A stretch of DNA of 64,000 nucleotides from an uncultured Methanomassiliicoccaceae archaeon (GTDB lineage: Archaea; Thermoplasmatota; Thermoplasmata; Methanomassiliicoccales; JACIVX01), in assembly GCA_964544915.1 (NCBI GenBank), contig CAZJDY010000017.1, positions 6,906-70,905 of the forward strand. Direction: 5' to 3'. The position numbers and the translations under genes were made by a program. The notes below the pieces were generated by a model. The model searched no databases, was not told the origin of the DNA, and saw nothing but the letters and a program-made list of their open reading frames with translations. Positions 1 to 13,119 of the stretch are shown piece by piece (within the stretch, counting starts at the first letter, position 1; each line of letters opens with the position of its first letter).

Positions 1-3000
1 GTCGTCGTACCCGCCGACGCTGGTCTTCAGTTGGGCATCCCAGCCGAGCGTCGCGAGGTATTCCAAGTTCGCAATTGAGACACCGTAAGTGTCGTCCGCG
101 TTGCCGGTGTTATCCAGCTTGAGAACGTACGTGTAGTTCGCTCCCGTGGTCTCGATGGACTCCTTGAAGCCCAGCTCGACGGAGTAGACAGGGAGTATCG
201 TCGCATCGAGCATCACGCTATCCCTCACAGATGCATCCGATGACGAAGTGACAGATATCTTCTCCTCGTTATGGACGACCTTGGCGTTCGACGGGGCGGT
301 GAGGCGCACTGTCACGAGCTGCGAGTTCTCATAGCCGAAATCGACCGCGACCTCGTTCTGCGAGAAGCTTACGGTCCATGTCCCGGCGTCCGCCTGCAGC
401 TTGAAGACCTCCGGAACGTTCCCGTTGTTGACCACTCTCACGTTGTAGATTGCCGTCTCTCCGGGCTTCAGCGTCATCTTCTCCTTGGTGTCCCATTGGA
501 GGTCGACCCCCCGCACCGCCACCTTGTCCAGAGATATGATCTTGTTCAGGTCAGAGGTTAGAGTGACATTGGTGATCGTCTTGTACTTGACGGACATGCC
601 CTTCTCAACGCCGGAGGCGATGCATTGGATCTCATACTGACCCGCGGGGAGGACTATCTCATAGGAACCGTCCGGTCCGCTCGGGATGGTCTTCTTGGCC
701 GCGCTGGAGAATTCCGCCGATGCAGTGCCGGGGACGCCGCCTTTGAGGGTCGTCCCCATCATCCTGATGCCGGGCACAAGGGTGATGTTCAGGGCCTTGT
801 TCGAGTACGGCTCTACTTCCAAGGCGGCCAGGTAGACGTCCATTCCGCCAGTCTCCCTCACATAGAGGCTGTATTCGCCCGGTGCCAAGGATACCGCGTA
901 GCTCCCTAGATCAGAGGAAATCGTGGCATTGATCGATGTCTTGCTGCCCGAGATGAACTCGAGCGCCGCGCTGACCGGCGTGCCGTCGACCCCCACTATC
1001 GACCCGGAGACGGTCGAGTTGTCGTAGTTGCGCTCAAGCACGAAAGTGTTACGAGCGGTCGAAGGGACCGTCATCGTCCCGTTCGCGGTGTACCTGACAT
1101 AGCGCTCCTGTGTGGCGATTCTGGTCGTCGTGCGATAATCGATCGAGATGTTGTAGGTGCCCACCGGAAGCAACGTCTCGAAGGAGCCGACCGCGGTCGT
1201 GTTCACGACGATCGACCCGCCTGTCTGCTTGCTGATCACCACCGGGACGACCGATATGAAGGATCGGCCGTCGTACTCGACCGTGCCGACGACCGAGTAG
1301 CCCTGAACCATTGTCAAATCCAACGGAGATGCGCTTGTGTCAATCCCCACCTCGCCCACGAAGGCATACCTCGACGAGTGATCGTCATAGACCGCATAGA
1401 CCGTGTAATTGCCAGCGACGAGGTACAGATCGAAAGAAGATGAGACAGCCAGTTCACGATTCTCTGGCCCCGTGAAGCTGATGCGGATCCCAGAAGGCCT
1501 CTCGGGCAAGACGTGCCCGTAAACCCTGACCCTTTCCGTCACGAGGACATTGAGCGACGAGGGGTCCTGACCAATCGCGATCGTCATGGATGATGAATGC
1601 TGATACCTTGTGGTATTGCTCCCGACTGTGACATTCTGGTCGACCGAGATTCTGTACTGCCCGGGGCGCAACGAAAGCGAGAATATTCCTGAGGAGTTCG
1701 TCACGGCCGAAGCCGTTATCGACCCATAACCGTTCGCATTGAAGGTGACCGTAATCCCTGCAAGAGGGCTGGTTCCGAGCATGACCTTCCCTGTCGTCGT
1801 CCTGTTCAACGGAACGAGCTCGATGTATTCCGTGATAGGCGAAGCGACGTTCGTGTAGCTGTATGACCTAGGCGCGTAGCCGTCCACGGCCACGCTGAGG
1901 CTATAGCTCTTGCCGGCGGGGAGCACCATATTGAAGTTCCCTTCGGCGTCCGCGTTGAACCTCACCGTTCTTCCGTCCCGGTCCGAGACCTCGAGAGCGA
2001 CGTTCGCGACGCCTTCGTCCTGCCCCCTCGCTCCATTGAAGTTCGAGTCGAACCAGACCTGTCCCGAGAGGGTCACGGAATTCGACAGCTCTATGCTGAT
2101 GGCCTCTGAAGATGAAACGATGACATCGCCCCAGTACGCCCTCGCGATGCCTCTTGTGTAGATGAAGTAAGTATCGGCGGGGACCACGACCCTGAACCAA
2201 CCGGTCGAGTTCGTGACAGCGCTTATGAGCGCTCCGCTGGTCCTCGACCTCAACATCACTTCGGAGTTCGCTGCCCCGACGGTGCCTTCGACTACGGTCC
2301 CGGAGACTATGCTCCCGGGCTGCAGAGCGAGTTCCACGTTACTGACGCCAGTGGTTCCCTCCACTCTCAAGACGGCAACGTACTCTTTACCGTCCCTGAT
2401 CGCCAAACAATAGACGGTGTAATCTCCCTCTGGAAGCGTGACCATGAACCGACCGCGATCGTCAGTCGTCGTAAGTACCCTGTTCTGGTCCGATGTCAGG
2501 ACTATCGTGGCGTTCGCGACGACGAGCGCGTCGATCGTCACGCGTCCCGATAATGAAAAGGCCGCGTACACTGTGATCTGCCTCTGCGTCTTCGCGCCCT
2601 CTATGATGTTGAACAACTGTGAACCGATGCTGAGGCTGGAGTTCACTACCTCCAAGGAGTAGTTGCCTGGCAGCAGCTTCTCGAAGCTGTAACCGCCGCT
2701 CGAGTTCGTCACGGTCCTGTTGATGACCCCGCTAACCTTGTCCCTAAGTGCCAGCTCCAAGCCGGCGACAGGGGCTCCAGAAGATGTGATTATGGTGCCA
2801 TTGACCGTGCCCGGCCTCACACCTATGTCGACGGTCCTGTCCCCCATCGGAAGCAGTATCTCATGAGTCCCACCGAACTCATGCCCCTTGTAAGAACCGA
2901 ACAGATCCGCATCGATGGCTGGCAAACCTACGAAGCTGTAACCTCCGTTGCCGCTGACGGCCTGTTGCATGATGCCCCGGGACTCGTTCTCCAGGACGGC

Positions 3001-6000
3001 CAATGCGCCCTGAATGAGCTCGTCTGCGGAGTCGTACTTACCGCTCCCGTCGTTGTCCCAGAATATCTTGCCCTTCAGGTCGCTGCCCTGAACGAAGGCG
3101 TCGCCGTTGATGTAATAATCCCACTTTCCGTTCCCGTCAGCATCGATCTCCTGCCTCATCGCCTGGTCATAGGTGATGTTCAGGATCTTCCTCGACAGCT
3201 CGGTGGCGATTTGACTGCGAAGGTCAAGCGTCCCATATGAATAGACGACTTCCACCTTTCCGAAGGGGGCGATGACCCTGTACTTGCCGTCCTTGTCCGT
3301 CTTCACGGTGTTGTGTGGGATACCATACTCGTCGAGAGCGGTGACCCAGATATCAGGATAGGGTTGTCCGCTTTCTGTCCTCACGGTGCCTTCGATTATC
3401 GCACCCTCGTAGTACTGGATGAAAACAACGCCACTCATAAGCGAGGAGGCAGAAAGGTCCACTGTGCCAATCGCCTTTCCGGCGTCGATCTGGTCCTTGA
3501 GTTCAAGGGCCTCATCATAGCTGATCGCACGCCAGCCGCTGGAGTGATTCTTGACCTGGTCTTCCGGGAATGGATTGTAGTATGCCGTCCGGTAGACCAT
3601 CCTGAAGTGGCTCATGTTCCAGCCCTGCATTGCCGGGAGATTCGCCAGGGACCCGGACAACCCAGGCAATCCCTGAGAGGTGTAGCCGATGTCACTCGGC
3701 CCGTATCCAAGGAAGGCTCGGTAGAGCAGCGAATCGTAGAACATGTCCTTGTAGTAGATTACGTAGTCGACGATCTGCATGTCGGATGTGACATTGACGA
3801 GATCGTACTGGTTTCCGTTGACGTCCACCGCCTTCGTGACGAAGAAGTCGATTGGGTTCTTCGACACCTCATCGACCCTGCGGTCCGAGAGCTTTGCCGG
3901 AGCGTAGAATATGTTGCCCCCTGTCGCAGAGAACGGGAACAGTCTACTGTCTATGGCGAAATATCCAATCTCGATTCCCGTCATCTCGCGCAGCGCGTGG
4001 TACAGATCCACCAGTTCATCGGTCCCGATCTTCGAGAGCTCGACCCTTGCCGCGGCATACTCAGCGTTCTTGACGTTCAGATCTGAGTCGTAAGGCCCGT
4101 ATGTCTCTGGGTTGTTCTTCACTATCTCGACATATCTCGCTGGGTTCTCGATGATGTCGCGGAGCTTCGGATAGTCGACACCGTGATCCTTAAGGACCTG
4201 GGCTATCGAATCGTTCGCCACCCCACTGTCCTCAAGGGTCCTGACGACGAACAGGGCGATGGCTTCCTGCTCGCTCTGGCAGGTGATGACGCTCCCTGCG
4301 AATTGGTATCCATTCTGGAAGTTGTCAGCGACCGTTGGATGTTGACCTTGTTGAATCGCCTCGAAGCCGTAGTCCCACCATGAGAGGAAGGCGGGCCTCG
4401 ACACGACGGGGTTGACATCACTGTCCTGCTGACTGAACCAGCTCCATGCCGCAGGCCAATAATCGCTCGGCATCGGGAGGCTGTAAGCGAACGCGCCGAA
4501 GTACCAGTTCGACCCGTTCTTCTCATCGTATCCCGGCGGTTTGGCGATCCCCTTCATTATGTCATATACCTGCTTGTCGTAGCCGCGCTTGAGCTCGGAT
4601 GGTATCGCTGCGTCCACGGCATTCCAGGCATTCGGCAGTAGGATTAGGAAAATGAGGAAGAACGCACCGAACACGTGCCTCAGTTTCACGGCCTTCCTCA
4701 GCACGGTCAGGGGGCTTCCCTTGACGCCTGCAATCGATTTCGAGATGTCCCCGAAGCGAAGCTTCTCGATGATGAGCGCGATTATCCAGCCACCTGTCAT
4801 GGCGAAGGCCGGGGCTGCGTTGAACATGAATCTGGCCGCGGATACGGCCATGAACATTGAGACCGCGGTCCAGACGACGACGAATATCAGATAGGGGCTG
4901 AGGTTCTTCGGCACCTTTATCGCAGCCCAGATGACGCCTGCGAAGGAAAGCCAAAAAGTCACAACTCCGAAGGAGAGGGCGAGCGTGGAGAACTCGGGCG
5001 CCTGGGCCTCAGATATCGTCGAGTACAGCTTGCTCTTCACTAGATAGCCCTGTCCGGATACTATCGCCTCGAAGATGTTCGGGAAGAATGATGAAAGGGC
5101 GAGTAGGGCTATTGCAGCAAGGATCATGAACGACGGCATTACGATTGTCCAGGGGTAGTCCCTTGTGACAACGAAGATGACGCCGATTGCCATCGCTGCG
5201 AGGAACAGGTACACAGGCACGTCGAACCACGTATACCAGTAGTCCATCTGGTAGTATACCGGCGCGGTTATCGCGAACGCGACCGATAACATGACTCCGA
5301 CGGTGATGACCATCCCCATCGAATCCGAGTTCCGGAACCTGTTGATGAACACCTGAACTAAGAAGTATACAAGAATGATGACGAGGAGATAGGTATAGCC
5401 GGTCCAAATCATTGCCACCGCCGCCAGCGAGACTCCGGATAGGGCTGCGTAGATCGCCGACAGCCGATTAGCTCTAAAGTACGAGGCGATCCCGCTGCTG
5501 ATGGCTTTGCGGTTCTTCCAGCTAGAGACCCACTTGTCCCCCTTCACAGACATCAACGCCATCAGTAGGAAATAGAATGACCAGACAGCGAAGAACAGGA
5601 CCATGGCGTCGTGATCAGCGTCAGAGAATACGCTTCTTGAGATGTTGCCGGCCATGATGGCGAACAGCAACGATGCGACTATCCCCGCCTTGTTCCCGAA
5701 TGCCGCCCGGGTCATAAGGTAGACGGGTACGACTGTTAGCGCTCCCCAAACGGCTGTGGAGAACACCAGCGAGTAGCCGACGGCGGTCGACGTGGCCATG
5801 CCTGTAATGGAAGACATGAACATGCCGAAGACGGCAACCGACCAGTCATAGAGCGGCGGCCTGGCGTTCCTCATCCCGAGCGGATAGTTGAGCAACGGGT
5901 CTTGCACAAGATGGTGGCCAGTATCGGTCACGTGGTCGATGACCCGCATGTGATAGTATGAGTCGGACCCTCCCGACACGAGGAATCCGTTGTCCACCGA

Positions 6001-6180
6001 GGCGGAGTATACGAAGTAACTCCTGATGAAGAAGGCTATGAAGACGATCATTAAGAGAACGAGCAACGTGTTCCAATTGGATCCAATCCATGAATCCTTG
6101 AGGCGACTTCCCAAGTTGCCGACGCTGCGGAAACGGTCCTTCTTGGGAAGTTGTGCTGCTCCTCCCTCTGTCCCTGCCAT
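1..6180 (-). CDS. aglB: Oligosaccharyltransferase AglB/STT3 with very long C-terminal beta-sandwich repeat region; 3'-truncated by window edge, >2060 aa
   Basis: Absent from the ORF track because no stop codon lies in the window. Manual translation from ATG at 6180 gives MAGTEGG...SGGSDSYYHMR...NYPLG...FSDADHDA. The WWDYG motif is at 4366-4380, followed by HPTVADNFQ. The same frame is open at position 1. Confidence 0.93.
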   Translation of the reverse strand, partial: MAGTEGGAAQLPKKDRFRSVGNLGSRLKDSWIGSNWNTLLVLLMIVFIAFFIRSYFVYSASVDNGFLVSGGSDSYYHMRVIDHVTDTGHHLVQDPLLNYPLGMRNARPPLYDWSVAVFGMFMSSITGMATSTAVGYSLVFSTAVWGALTVVPVYLMTRAAFGNKAGIVASLLFAIMAGNISRSVFSDADHDAMVLFFAVWSFYFLLMALMSVKGDKWVSSWKNRKAISSGIASYFRANRLSAIYAALSGVSLAAVAMIWTGYTYLLVIILVYFLVQVFINRFRNSDSMGMVITVGVMLSVAFAITAPVYYQMDYWYTWFDVPVYLFLAAMAIGVIFVVTRDYPWTIVMPSFMILAAIALLALSSFFPNIFEAIVSGQGYLVKSKLYSTISEAQAPEFSTLALSFGVVTFWLSFAGVIWAAIKVPKNLSPYLIFVVVWTAVSMFMAVSAARFMFNAAPAFAMTGGWIIALIIEKLRFGDISKSIAGVKGSPLTVLRKAVKLRHVFGAFFLIFLILLPNAWNAVDAAIPSELKRGYDKQVYDIMKGIAKPPGYDEKNGSNWYFGAFAYSLPMPSDYWPAAWSWFSQQDSDVNPVVSRPAFLSWWDYGFEAIQQGQHPTVADNFQNGYQFAGSVITCQSEQEAIALFVVRTLEDSGVANDSIAQVLKDHGVDYPKLRDIIENPARYVEIVKNNPETYGPYDSDLNVKNAEYAAARVELSKIGTDELVDLYHALREMTGIEIGYFAIDSRLFPFSATGGNIFYAPAKLSDRRVDEVSKNPIDFFVTKAVDVNGNQYDLVNVTSDMQIVDYVIYYKDMFYDSLLYRAFLGYGPSDIGYTSQGLPGLSGSLANLPAMQGWNMSHFRMVYRTAYYNPFPEDQVKNHSSGWRAISYDEALELKDQIDAGKAIGTVDLSASSLMSGVVFIQYYEGAIIEGTVRTESGQPYPDIWVTALDEYGIPHNTVKTDKDGKYRVIAPFGKVEVVYSYGTLDLRSQIATELSRKILNITYDQAMRQEIDADGNGKWDYYINGDAFVQGSDLKGKIFWDNDGSGKYDSADELIQGALAVLENESRGIMQQAVSGNGGYSFVGLPAIDADLFGSYKGHEFGGTHEILLPMGDRTVDIGVRPGTVNGTIITSSGAPVAGLELALRDKVSGVINRTVTNSSGGYSFEKLLPGNYSLEVVNSSLSIGSQLFNIIEGAKTQRQITVYAAFSLSGRVTIDALVVANATIVLTSDQNRVLTTTDDRGRFMVTLPEGDYTVYCLAIRDGKEYVAVLRVEGTTGVSNVELALQPGSIVSGTVVEGTVGAANSEVMLRSRTSGALISAVTNSTGWFRVVVPADTYFIYTRGIARAYWGDVIVSSSEAISIELSNSVTLSGQVWFDSNFNGARGQDEGVANVALEVSDRDGRTVRFNADAEGNFNMVLPAGKSYSLSVAVDGYAPRSYSYTNVASPITEYIELVPLNRTTTGKVMLGTSPLAGITVTFNANGYGSITASAVTNSSGIFSLSLRPGQYRISVDQNVTVGSNTTRYQHSSSMTIAIGQDPSSLNVLVTERVRVYGHVLPERPSGIRISFTGPENRELAVSSSFDLYLVAGNYTVYAVYDDHSSRYAFVGEVGIDTSASPLDLTMVQGYSVVGTVEYDGRSFISVVPVVISKQTGGSIVVNTTAVGSFETLLPVGTYNISIDYRTTTRIATQERYVRYTANGTMTVPSTARNTFVLERNYDNSTVSGSIVGVDGTPVSAALEFISGSKTSINATISSDLGSYAVSLAPGEYSLYVRETGGMDVYLAALEVEPYSNKALNITLVPGIRMMGTTLKGGVPGTASAEFSSAAKKTIPSGPDGSYEIVLPAGQYEIQCIASGVEKGMSVKYKTITNVTLTSDLNKIISLDKVAVRGVDLQWDTKEKMTLKPGETAIYNVRVVNNGNVPEVFKLQADAGTWTVSFSQNEVAVDFGYENSQLVTVRLTAPSNAKVVHNEEKISVTSSSDASVRDSVMLDATILPVYSVELGFKESIETTGANYTYVLKLDNTGNADDTYGVSIANLEYLATLGWDAQLKTSVGGYDD

Positions 6181-6280
6181 CTCAGAGTCCCCTCAGCAGA
6201 ATCGTGCCAAGTCGATAACGAGGCCACTATAAATAATTGTCCACCGTCAGCACCCAAAAATGAGCGCATCTGGGTCGATT

Positions 6281-6949
6281 TCAGGTTCCCCTCTTTTTCG
6301 CAGCGTCGAGGACCGCTGCGATCTGCTCGCAAACGCTCTTCGCCGCATCACGGGGACTCTGCACGCTGCATATCGAGCGCCCTACGATCACCGAGTCGGC
6401 GCCGTTCGAGATCGCATCCGCCGCGCTCCCTCCCTGCGCACCGACGCCAGGTGACAGAATCTTGAGTTTACCTACGATCCCTCTTATCACCCTGATCCTC
6501 TCCGGCCTAGTCGCGGGGGCTATAACGCCCGAAGCGCCGCAGTCCACGGCGAGCGCCGCCAACCTCTCCGCTACGGGCGCGCTGAACTCCTCCCCGCCGG
6601 GATGGCTCATCTCGGTCACGACGAAAACCTCAGCGCCGCGGGCAGCCTCCACCGCAGCCTTGACCGAGTCCCGTCCGGTGAAACCGTGGACGATGACGCC
6701 CGAAGCGCCTAGCGCGACTGCTTGCTGGACGATAAGCCTGTTCGTGTTCGGTATGTCGGCGACCTTGAAATCGCAGATGACATCGGACTGCTTCGATATC
6801 CTTGTGATAATCCCCGGTGAGGTGGAGAGGACGAGGGGCCAGTTTATCTTGACCGCGTCCACACAATCCCTCACCTGCTCCACAATGGAAAGTGCCTTGT
6901 CCTCTCTTGTCTCATCGAGTGCCAAAATCAGGCGTGTTCTGCTCCTCAT
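6281..6949 (-). CDS. pyrF: Orotidine 5'-phosphate decarboxylase
   Basis: LILALD, DFKVADIPNT, PGVGAQGG and IVGRSI motifs; start moved to MRSRT. Confidence 0.95.
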   Translation of the reverse strand: MRSRTRLILALDETREDKALSIVEQVRDCVDAVKINWPLVLSTSPGIITRISKQSDVICDFKVADIPNTNRLIVQQAVALGASGVIVHGFTGRDSVKAAVEAARGAEVFVVTEMSHPGGEEFSAPVAERLAALAVDCGASGVIAPATRPERIRVIRGIVGKLKILSPGVGAQGGSAADAISNGADSVIVGRSICSVQSPRDAAKSVCEQIAAVLDAAKKRGT

Positions 6950-7125
6950 CTCCTCATTCCTCCGGACGACTGCTGCGTTCATAATCTACTCCGTCCCTGA
7001 TAAAGTCGTGTCATAGATCGCCCGCACAGACAACAGAAAAGGGGGATCACCTGATTGAGAACAGGGTCGGGGCCGGGACCGAGTTGAGATAAGCTTAAAA
7101 GGGCGATGCACCTCCAATTCTCCGA

Positions 7126-8205
7126 ATGAAAGTCAGTTCGATGGAGGCTGGATCGAAATACACAGGCCGCCTCCCGAAAGGCTGCACGCTCTGCAGAAAG
7201 GGGGCGAAGATGGTCCTGCTCGTCACTGGAAGATGCGGGACCGGATGCTTCTACTGCCCTCTCTCCCGGAAGAAGAAGGGAAGGGAGGTCGTATACGCGG
7301 ACGAACAGAGGGTCCGAAACGATGAGGACGTTCTGGGAGAAGCGCGTTCGATCGATGCGAAGGGCACGGGCATAACCGGCGGCGACCCCGTCCTTGTGCT
7401 GGACCGAACCCTTAGGTACGTGACCCTTCTGAAATCAACGTTAGGCGAAAAGCATCACATCCACCTCTACACATCATCGATGCGCCAGGAGGCGTACGGA
7501 AGACTCGAAGCGGCAGGTCTGGACGAGCTGAGAATCCATCCCTCGATTCCGTTGTGGAACAAGCTCGAGAAGACGGACCTGAAGAAGGCCGTCGCAAGAT
7601 CGAGCATGAAGATCGGGATGGAGGTTCCGGCGATTTCCAATCATCGAGAGGACCTCGTCGCCCTGATTGAGTACTCGGACAACATAGGATTGGACTTCGT
7701 GAACATCAATGAGCTCGAGTTCTCTGAGACGAACTGGAGGAGACTGAGATCGAGGGGGTTCGACGTCAAGGACGACGTGTCCTCGGCAGTCAAGGGAAGC
7801 GAAGAAGTTGCCTTGGACATGCTGGAGCTCGATCTCTCGATACCAATCCACTATTGTTCGTCAAGCTTCAAGGATAGAATCCAGCTTAGAAGGCGGATAA
7901 TGCGGCGCGCTAAGAACGTCGCTAGGCCTAGCGATCTGATCACCGACGACGGTACCCTGTTGAAAGGCGTCGTCGAGACAAGGACTAGGCGCAAGATCGT
8001 CGACACACTGACGGGCGAGTTCCAGGTGCCTCAGGAGCTGATATACATCGATTCGGAGAAGAAACGTGTCGAGGTGGCGCCGTGGGTGCTCAAAGATATA
8101 GCGGGGGAACTGCCTTACGACAGCTACCTCGTCGAAGAATACCCGACAGCCGACCGATTGGAGGTCGAGAGGGAACAGCTCGGGAGCAGGCCTAAGCGAC
8201 GCTGA
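7126..8205 (+). CDS. Radical SAM protein (uncharacterized archaeal family, COG2108-like)
   Basis: CGTGCFYC (CX3CX2C) and ITGGDP motifs; C-terminal EEYPT typical of this family. Confidence 0.85.
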   Translation: MKVSSMEAGSKYTGRLPKGCTLCRKGAKMVLLVTGRCGTGCFYCPLSRKKKGREVVYADEQRVRNDEDVLGEARSIDAKGTGITGGDPVLVLDRTLRYVTLLKSTLGEKHHIHLYTSSMRQEAYGRLEAAGLDELRIHPSIPLWNKLEKTDLKKAVARSSMKIGMEVPAISNHREDLVALIEYSDNIGLDFVNINELEFSETNWRRLRSRGFDVKDDVSSAVKGSEEVALDMLELDLSIPIHYCSSSFKDRIQLRRRIMRRAKNVARPSDLITDDGTLLKGVVETRTRRKIVDTLTGEFQVPQELIYIDSEKKRVEVAPWVLKDIAGELPYDSYLVEEYPTADRLEVEREQLGSRPKRR

Positions 8206-8617
8206 TGCTCTGTATGTTGTGATGCCTGTTGACGATGTCCCGAGCGATCTTTAGGTTCCTCCCGTTCTTGCCAATCGCCCTTCCCTTGACCTTGGGGTCG
8301 ACGGTGACGGTGGCGTGAACGATGTTGCCGCGGTTCTCGATCGTGACGTTCTGGACATTGTAGCTGTAGAACACGTTCCTGATGAACTCCTCAGGCTCGT
8401 CCGAATACTCGATTACCTGGATGTTCTTCCCGGTCGTGTTCTTCATCCTGATTACATTCTCGCCGCCCTTACCGACCGCCCTGTTCGCCTGCCCCGGGTC
8501 GACGACGAAAACCAGCTTGTCCTCTGTCTCCAGGCAGTCCTTCACATGCGTCCTCGTCACGTTCTCGAACAAGGAGATGTAGCGGAGGGTTTCCTCTGTA
8601 AATGTAATGTCCGGCAT
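8192..8617 (-). CDS. nusA: Archaeal NusA (KH domains)
   Basis: AVGKGG and AIGKNGRN KH motifs; canonical position after L30e. Confidence 0.95.
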   Translation of the reverse strand: MPDITFTEETLRYISLFENVTRTHVKDCLETEDKLVFVVDPGQANRAVGKGGENVIRMKNTTGKNIQVIEYSDEPEEFIRNVFYSYNVQNVTIENRGNIVHATVTVDPKVKGRAIGKNGRNLKIARDIVNRHHNIQSISVA

Positions 8618-8621
8618 ACTA

Positions 8622-10341
<1,720 letters not shown>

Positions 10342-13119
10342 TTACTCCTCCCCTCCGCTCTCGAACTCGGGCTCCTCGAACTCCTCTTCATCTTCCGTCT
10401 CCAGATTAAGGTCCTTCTCGATCGTCGCGTAGCCCGCCAGCTTCTTCTCCTCGATCTTCGCTAGCAACTCCGCCTCATCCCCGAGGACTTCGATGAGCAG
10501 ATCGTCGACGTCGACGGCGTCCCCCTGGACGCTCCTGCACGGGTCGACGCCATCCTCTCCGTATTTGAACTGGACGACCATGTCGGCGGTGTTCCTGACC
10601 GTGCCGTCCTGCTTCAGCTTCAAATCCTCCAGCGCGTTGATCAGCCTGCGCTGCATGTAACCGGACCTGGATGTCCTGACAGCGGTGTCGACGAGACCCT
10701 CACGACCTCCCATGCTGTGGAAGAAGAACTCTGTCGGGGTCAGTCCGCTCTTGTACGAGTTCGTGACGAATCCCCTCGCCTGAGCTCCCAGGTCTCCCTT
10801 CAGGAAGTGCGGCAGAGTCCTGTTCCAGTAACCTCTGGACAGCCTCTCGCCTCTAACGGCTTGCTGCCCGATGCAACCGGCCATTTGGCTCAGGTTGAGC
10901 ATCGAGCCCCTTGCGCCGGACCGGGCCATGATGACGGCCGAGTTCTCAAGACCCAGGTGGCGACCTGCGATCTGTCCGGCCTCATCCCTCGCCCTGCCAA
11001 GAACCTTCATGATCTCGACTTCCAGGGTCTCTTCGAGAGACCTCCCTGGCAGCTGCTCCAGTATTCCTTCGCGGTATGCAGCCACGAGATCGTCGACCCT
11101 TCTGGTCGCGTCCTGCAGGACGTCCTCGATCTGGCGCCTCGCCTCGTCCGGGATGTCCTCGTCGTCGATGCCGGTCGTGAAGCCCCTGACCATGATCGCT
11201 CCGATCGCCAGGCGGGTGAGGTTGTCGATGGCGTTCTTCCCCACCTCCGAACCGTAGTCCCTCGCCAGCTTGTCCACGATCTTACCCTTGAACGCCCCGA
11301 TGGCCTTCTCGTCGATCGTGCCGCAGACGAGCTCGCCCTTCCTTATGCGGACGTACGCATCGAGATCGCACTTCTCCTTCTGGCACTCCGGGCACTTTCT
11401 GCAAATCGATGCCCTGAACGTGATCCTGAAATCTTCCGGCAGCACGAGGGAGAAGAGCTGCTTGCCAGTCCAGTACTTGACCCCGTTGACTTCGATGGGG
11501 TCCGGAACCTCCCGGTGCTTGACCCTCGACAGCATGAACAACGTCTCGCCCCTGGTGAACTTGGAGTCCCTGTGGGTCAGGAGAAAGCATCCGGTGATGT
11601 GGTCGTGTATGGCGCCGATGACCGGGCCCCCGAACCTTGGGGAGAGGATGTGCTCCTGCACCTTCATCAGGATGAGCGCCTCGGCCCTCGCCTCGTCGCT
11701 CTGCAGAACATGCAGGTTCATCTCGTCACCGTCGAAGTCTGCGTTGTATGGCGGGCAGACGCAAAGGTTCAGCCGGAATGTCTTCCACGGCATGACCCTG
11801 ACGCTGTGAGCCATCATAGACATCCTGTGCAGAGACGGCTGCCTGTTGAACAGGACTATGTCATTGTCCATCAGGTGCCTCTCGACTATGAAACCGATAT
11901 CCACGGTCTCGGCGACGCTCTCAGCGTTCTTCTCCGTGACCCTGATCCTCCTACCGTCCGGGCGTATGACGTAGTTGACTCCTGGCAGGTACTTCTCTCC
12001 GGCCGGGTTCGGGCCGCGCTTCACCATCTCCTTCAGGATCTCAATGTTGCTCTTGGTAACGTAGACCGGAATGGTCAGCTCCCTCGCGGCCTCGTACGGA
12101 ACGCCGACCTCGTTGATCGACAGCCCTGGGTCCGGGGAGATGACGGTCCTTGCTGAGAAATTGACCCTCTTGCCTGACAGGTTCGACCTGAACCTGCCTT
12201 CCTTGCCCTTCAGCCTCTGGACGAGCGTCTTCAGGGGCCTTCCGGACCTGTGCCTCGCTGGCGGTATGCCGGAGGTCTGGTTGTCGAAGTATGTCGTCAC
12301 ATGATATTGCAGCAACTCCCATAAATCCTCGACGATAAGTTGCGGGGCGCCGGCGTCCCTGTTCTCCCTCAGTCTCTGGTTGATCCTCAGCACATCCACG
12401 AGCTTGTGAGTCAGGTCGTCCTCCGACCTGTCGCCCGATTCGAGCGTTATCGACGGCCGGACGGTCACCGGCGGGACCGGAAGGGCCGTCAGGACCATCC
12501 ACTCGGGCCTGCAGGCCTTCGGGTCTATTCCCAGAGGAACAAGGTCCTCGTCCGGGATCCTCTCCAGCCGCTCTCTCACTTCCTTCGGGGTGAGCTTATG
12601 CCCGTCCTCCCTGAAGGTGGTGGGCTTGTCCAATGTGATCTTCATCTGCTCTGCGCCGCAGTGCGGGCAGATCGGTCTCGATGCGGCATCCTTCGCGGTC
12701 TCCTTGGAGACGAGGCGGACATCCATCGTGTCCCCGCCCATCTCCTCGACCATCTCCATCGCTTCCTTGTACTCCTTCGCCTGCTCCTCTGTAAGGAGGA
12801 GACGACCACAGGACCGGCAGGTCGATTGCAGCAGCTTCTTGATCTCCTTGACGAAGCCCACGTGTATGACCGGCATCGCCAGATCGATGTGGCCGAAGTG
12901 ACCCGGGCACTCGTCGACCTTGTGCCCGCAGGTCTTGCACCTCAGACCGGGCTCTATGACCCCCAGATGCGGGTCCATCAGGCCCATGTCGATCGGGAAG
13001 CCATCGTCGTCGTATGTGTCGGCGGTGATGATCTTCGTGGCCGACATCCTTCTGACCTCGTCAGGTGACAAGCATGTGAACTTCACAGACCCTATCCTCT
13101 TCGAAACGCCTCGCATCAT
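10342..13119 (-). CDS. rpoA1: RNA polymerase subunit A' (Rpo1N)
   Basis: [11 protein letters not shown] catalytic motif; N-terminal Zn-binding Cys motifs. Confidence 0.98.
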   Translation of the reverse strand: MMRGVSKRIGSVKFTCLSPDEVRRMSATKIITADTYDDDGFPIDMGLMDPHLGVIEPGLRCKTCGHKVDECPGHFGHIDLAMPVIHVGFVKEIKKLLQSTCRSCGRLLLTEEQAKEYKEAMEMVEEMGGDTMDVRLVSKETAKDAASRPICPHCGAEQMKITLDKPTTFREDGHKLTPKEVRERLERIPDEDLVPLGIDPKACRPEWMVLTALPVPPVTVRPSITLESGDRSEDDLTHKLVDVLRINQRLRENRDAGAPQLIVEDLWELLQYHVTTYFDNQTSGIPPARHRSGRPLKTLVQRLKGKEGRFRSNLSGKRVNFSARTVISPDPGLSINEVGVPYEAARELTIPVYVTKSNIEILKEMVKRGPNPAGEKYLPGVNYVIRPDGRRIRVTEKNAESVAETVDIGFIVERHLMDNDIVLFNRQPSLHRMSMMAHSVRVMPWKTFRLNLCVCPPYNADFDGDEMNLHVLQSDEARAEALILMKVQEHILSPRFGGPVIGAIHDHITGCFLLTHRDSKFTRGETLFMLSRVKHREVPDPIEVNGVKYWTGKQLFSLVLPEDFRITFRASICRKCPECQKEKCDLDAYVRIRKGELVCGTIDEKAIGAFKGKIVDKLARDYGSEVGKNAIDNLTRLAIGAIMVRGFTTGIDDEDIPDEARRQIEDVLQDATRRVDDLVAAYREGILEQLPGRSLEETLEVEIMKVLGRARDEAGQIAGRHLGLENSAVIMARSGARGSMLNLSQMAGCIGQQAVRGERLSRGYWNRTLPHFLKGDLGAQARGFVTNSYKSGLTPTEFFFHSMGGREGLVDTAVRTSRSGYMQRRLINALEDLKLKQDGTVRNTADMVVQFKYGEDGVDPCRSVQGDAVDVDDLLIEVLGDEAELLAKIEEKKLAGYATIEKDLNLETEDEEEFEEPEFESGGEE

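Noticed and set aside
271-6465. Many ORF-track ORFs of 60-260 aa over the left end
   Set aside because: They are antisense or off-frame shadows of the single long aglB frame. The same applies to long antisense ORFs over the rpo genes, P-type ATPase, guaAB/purE and other genes in this GC-rich DNA.
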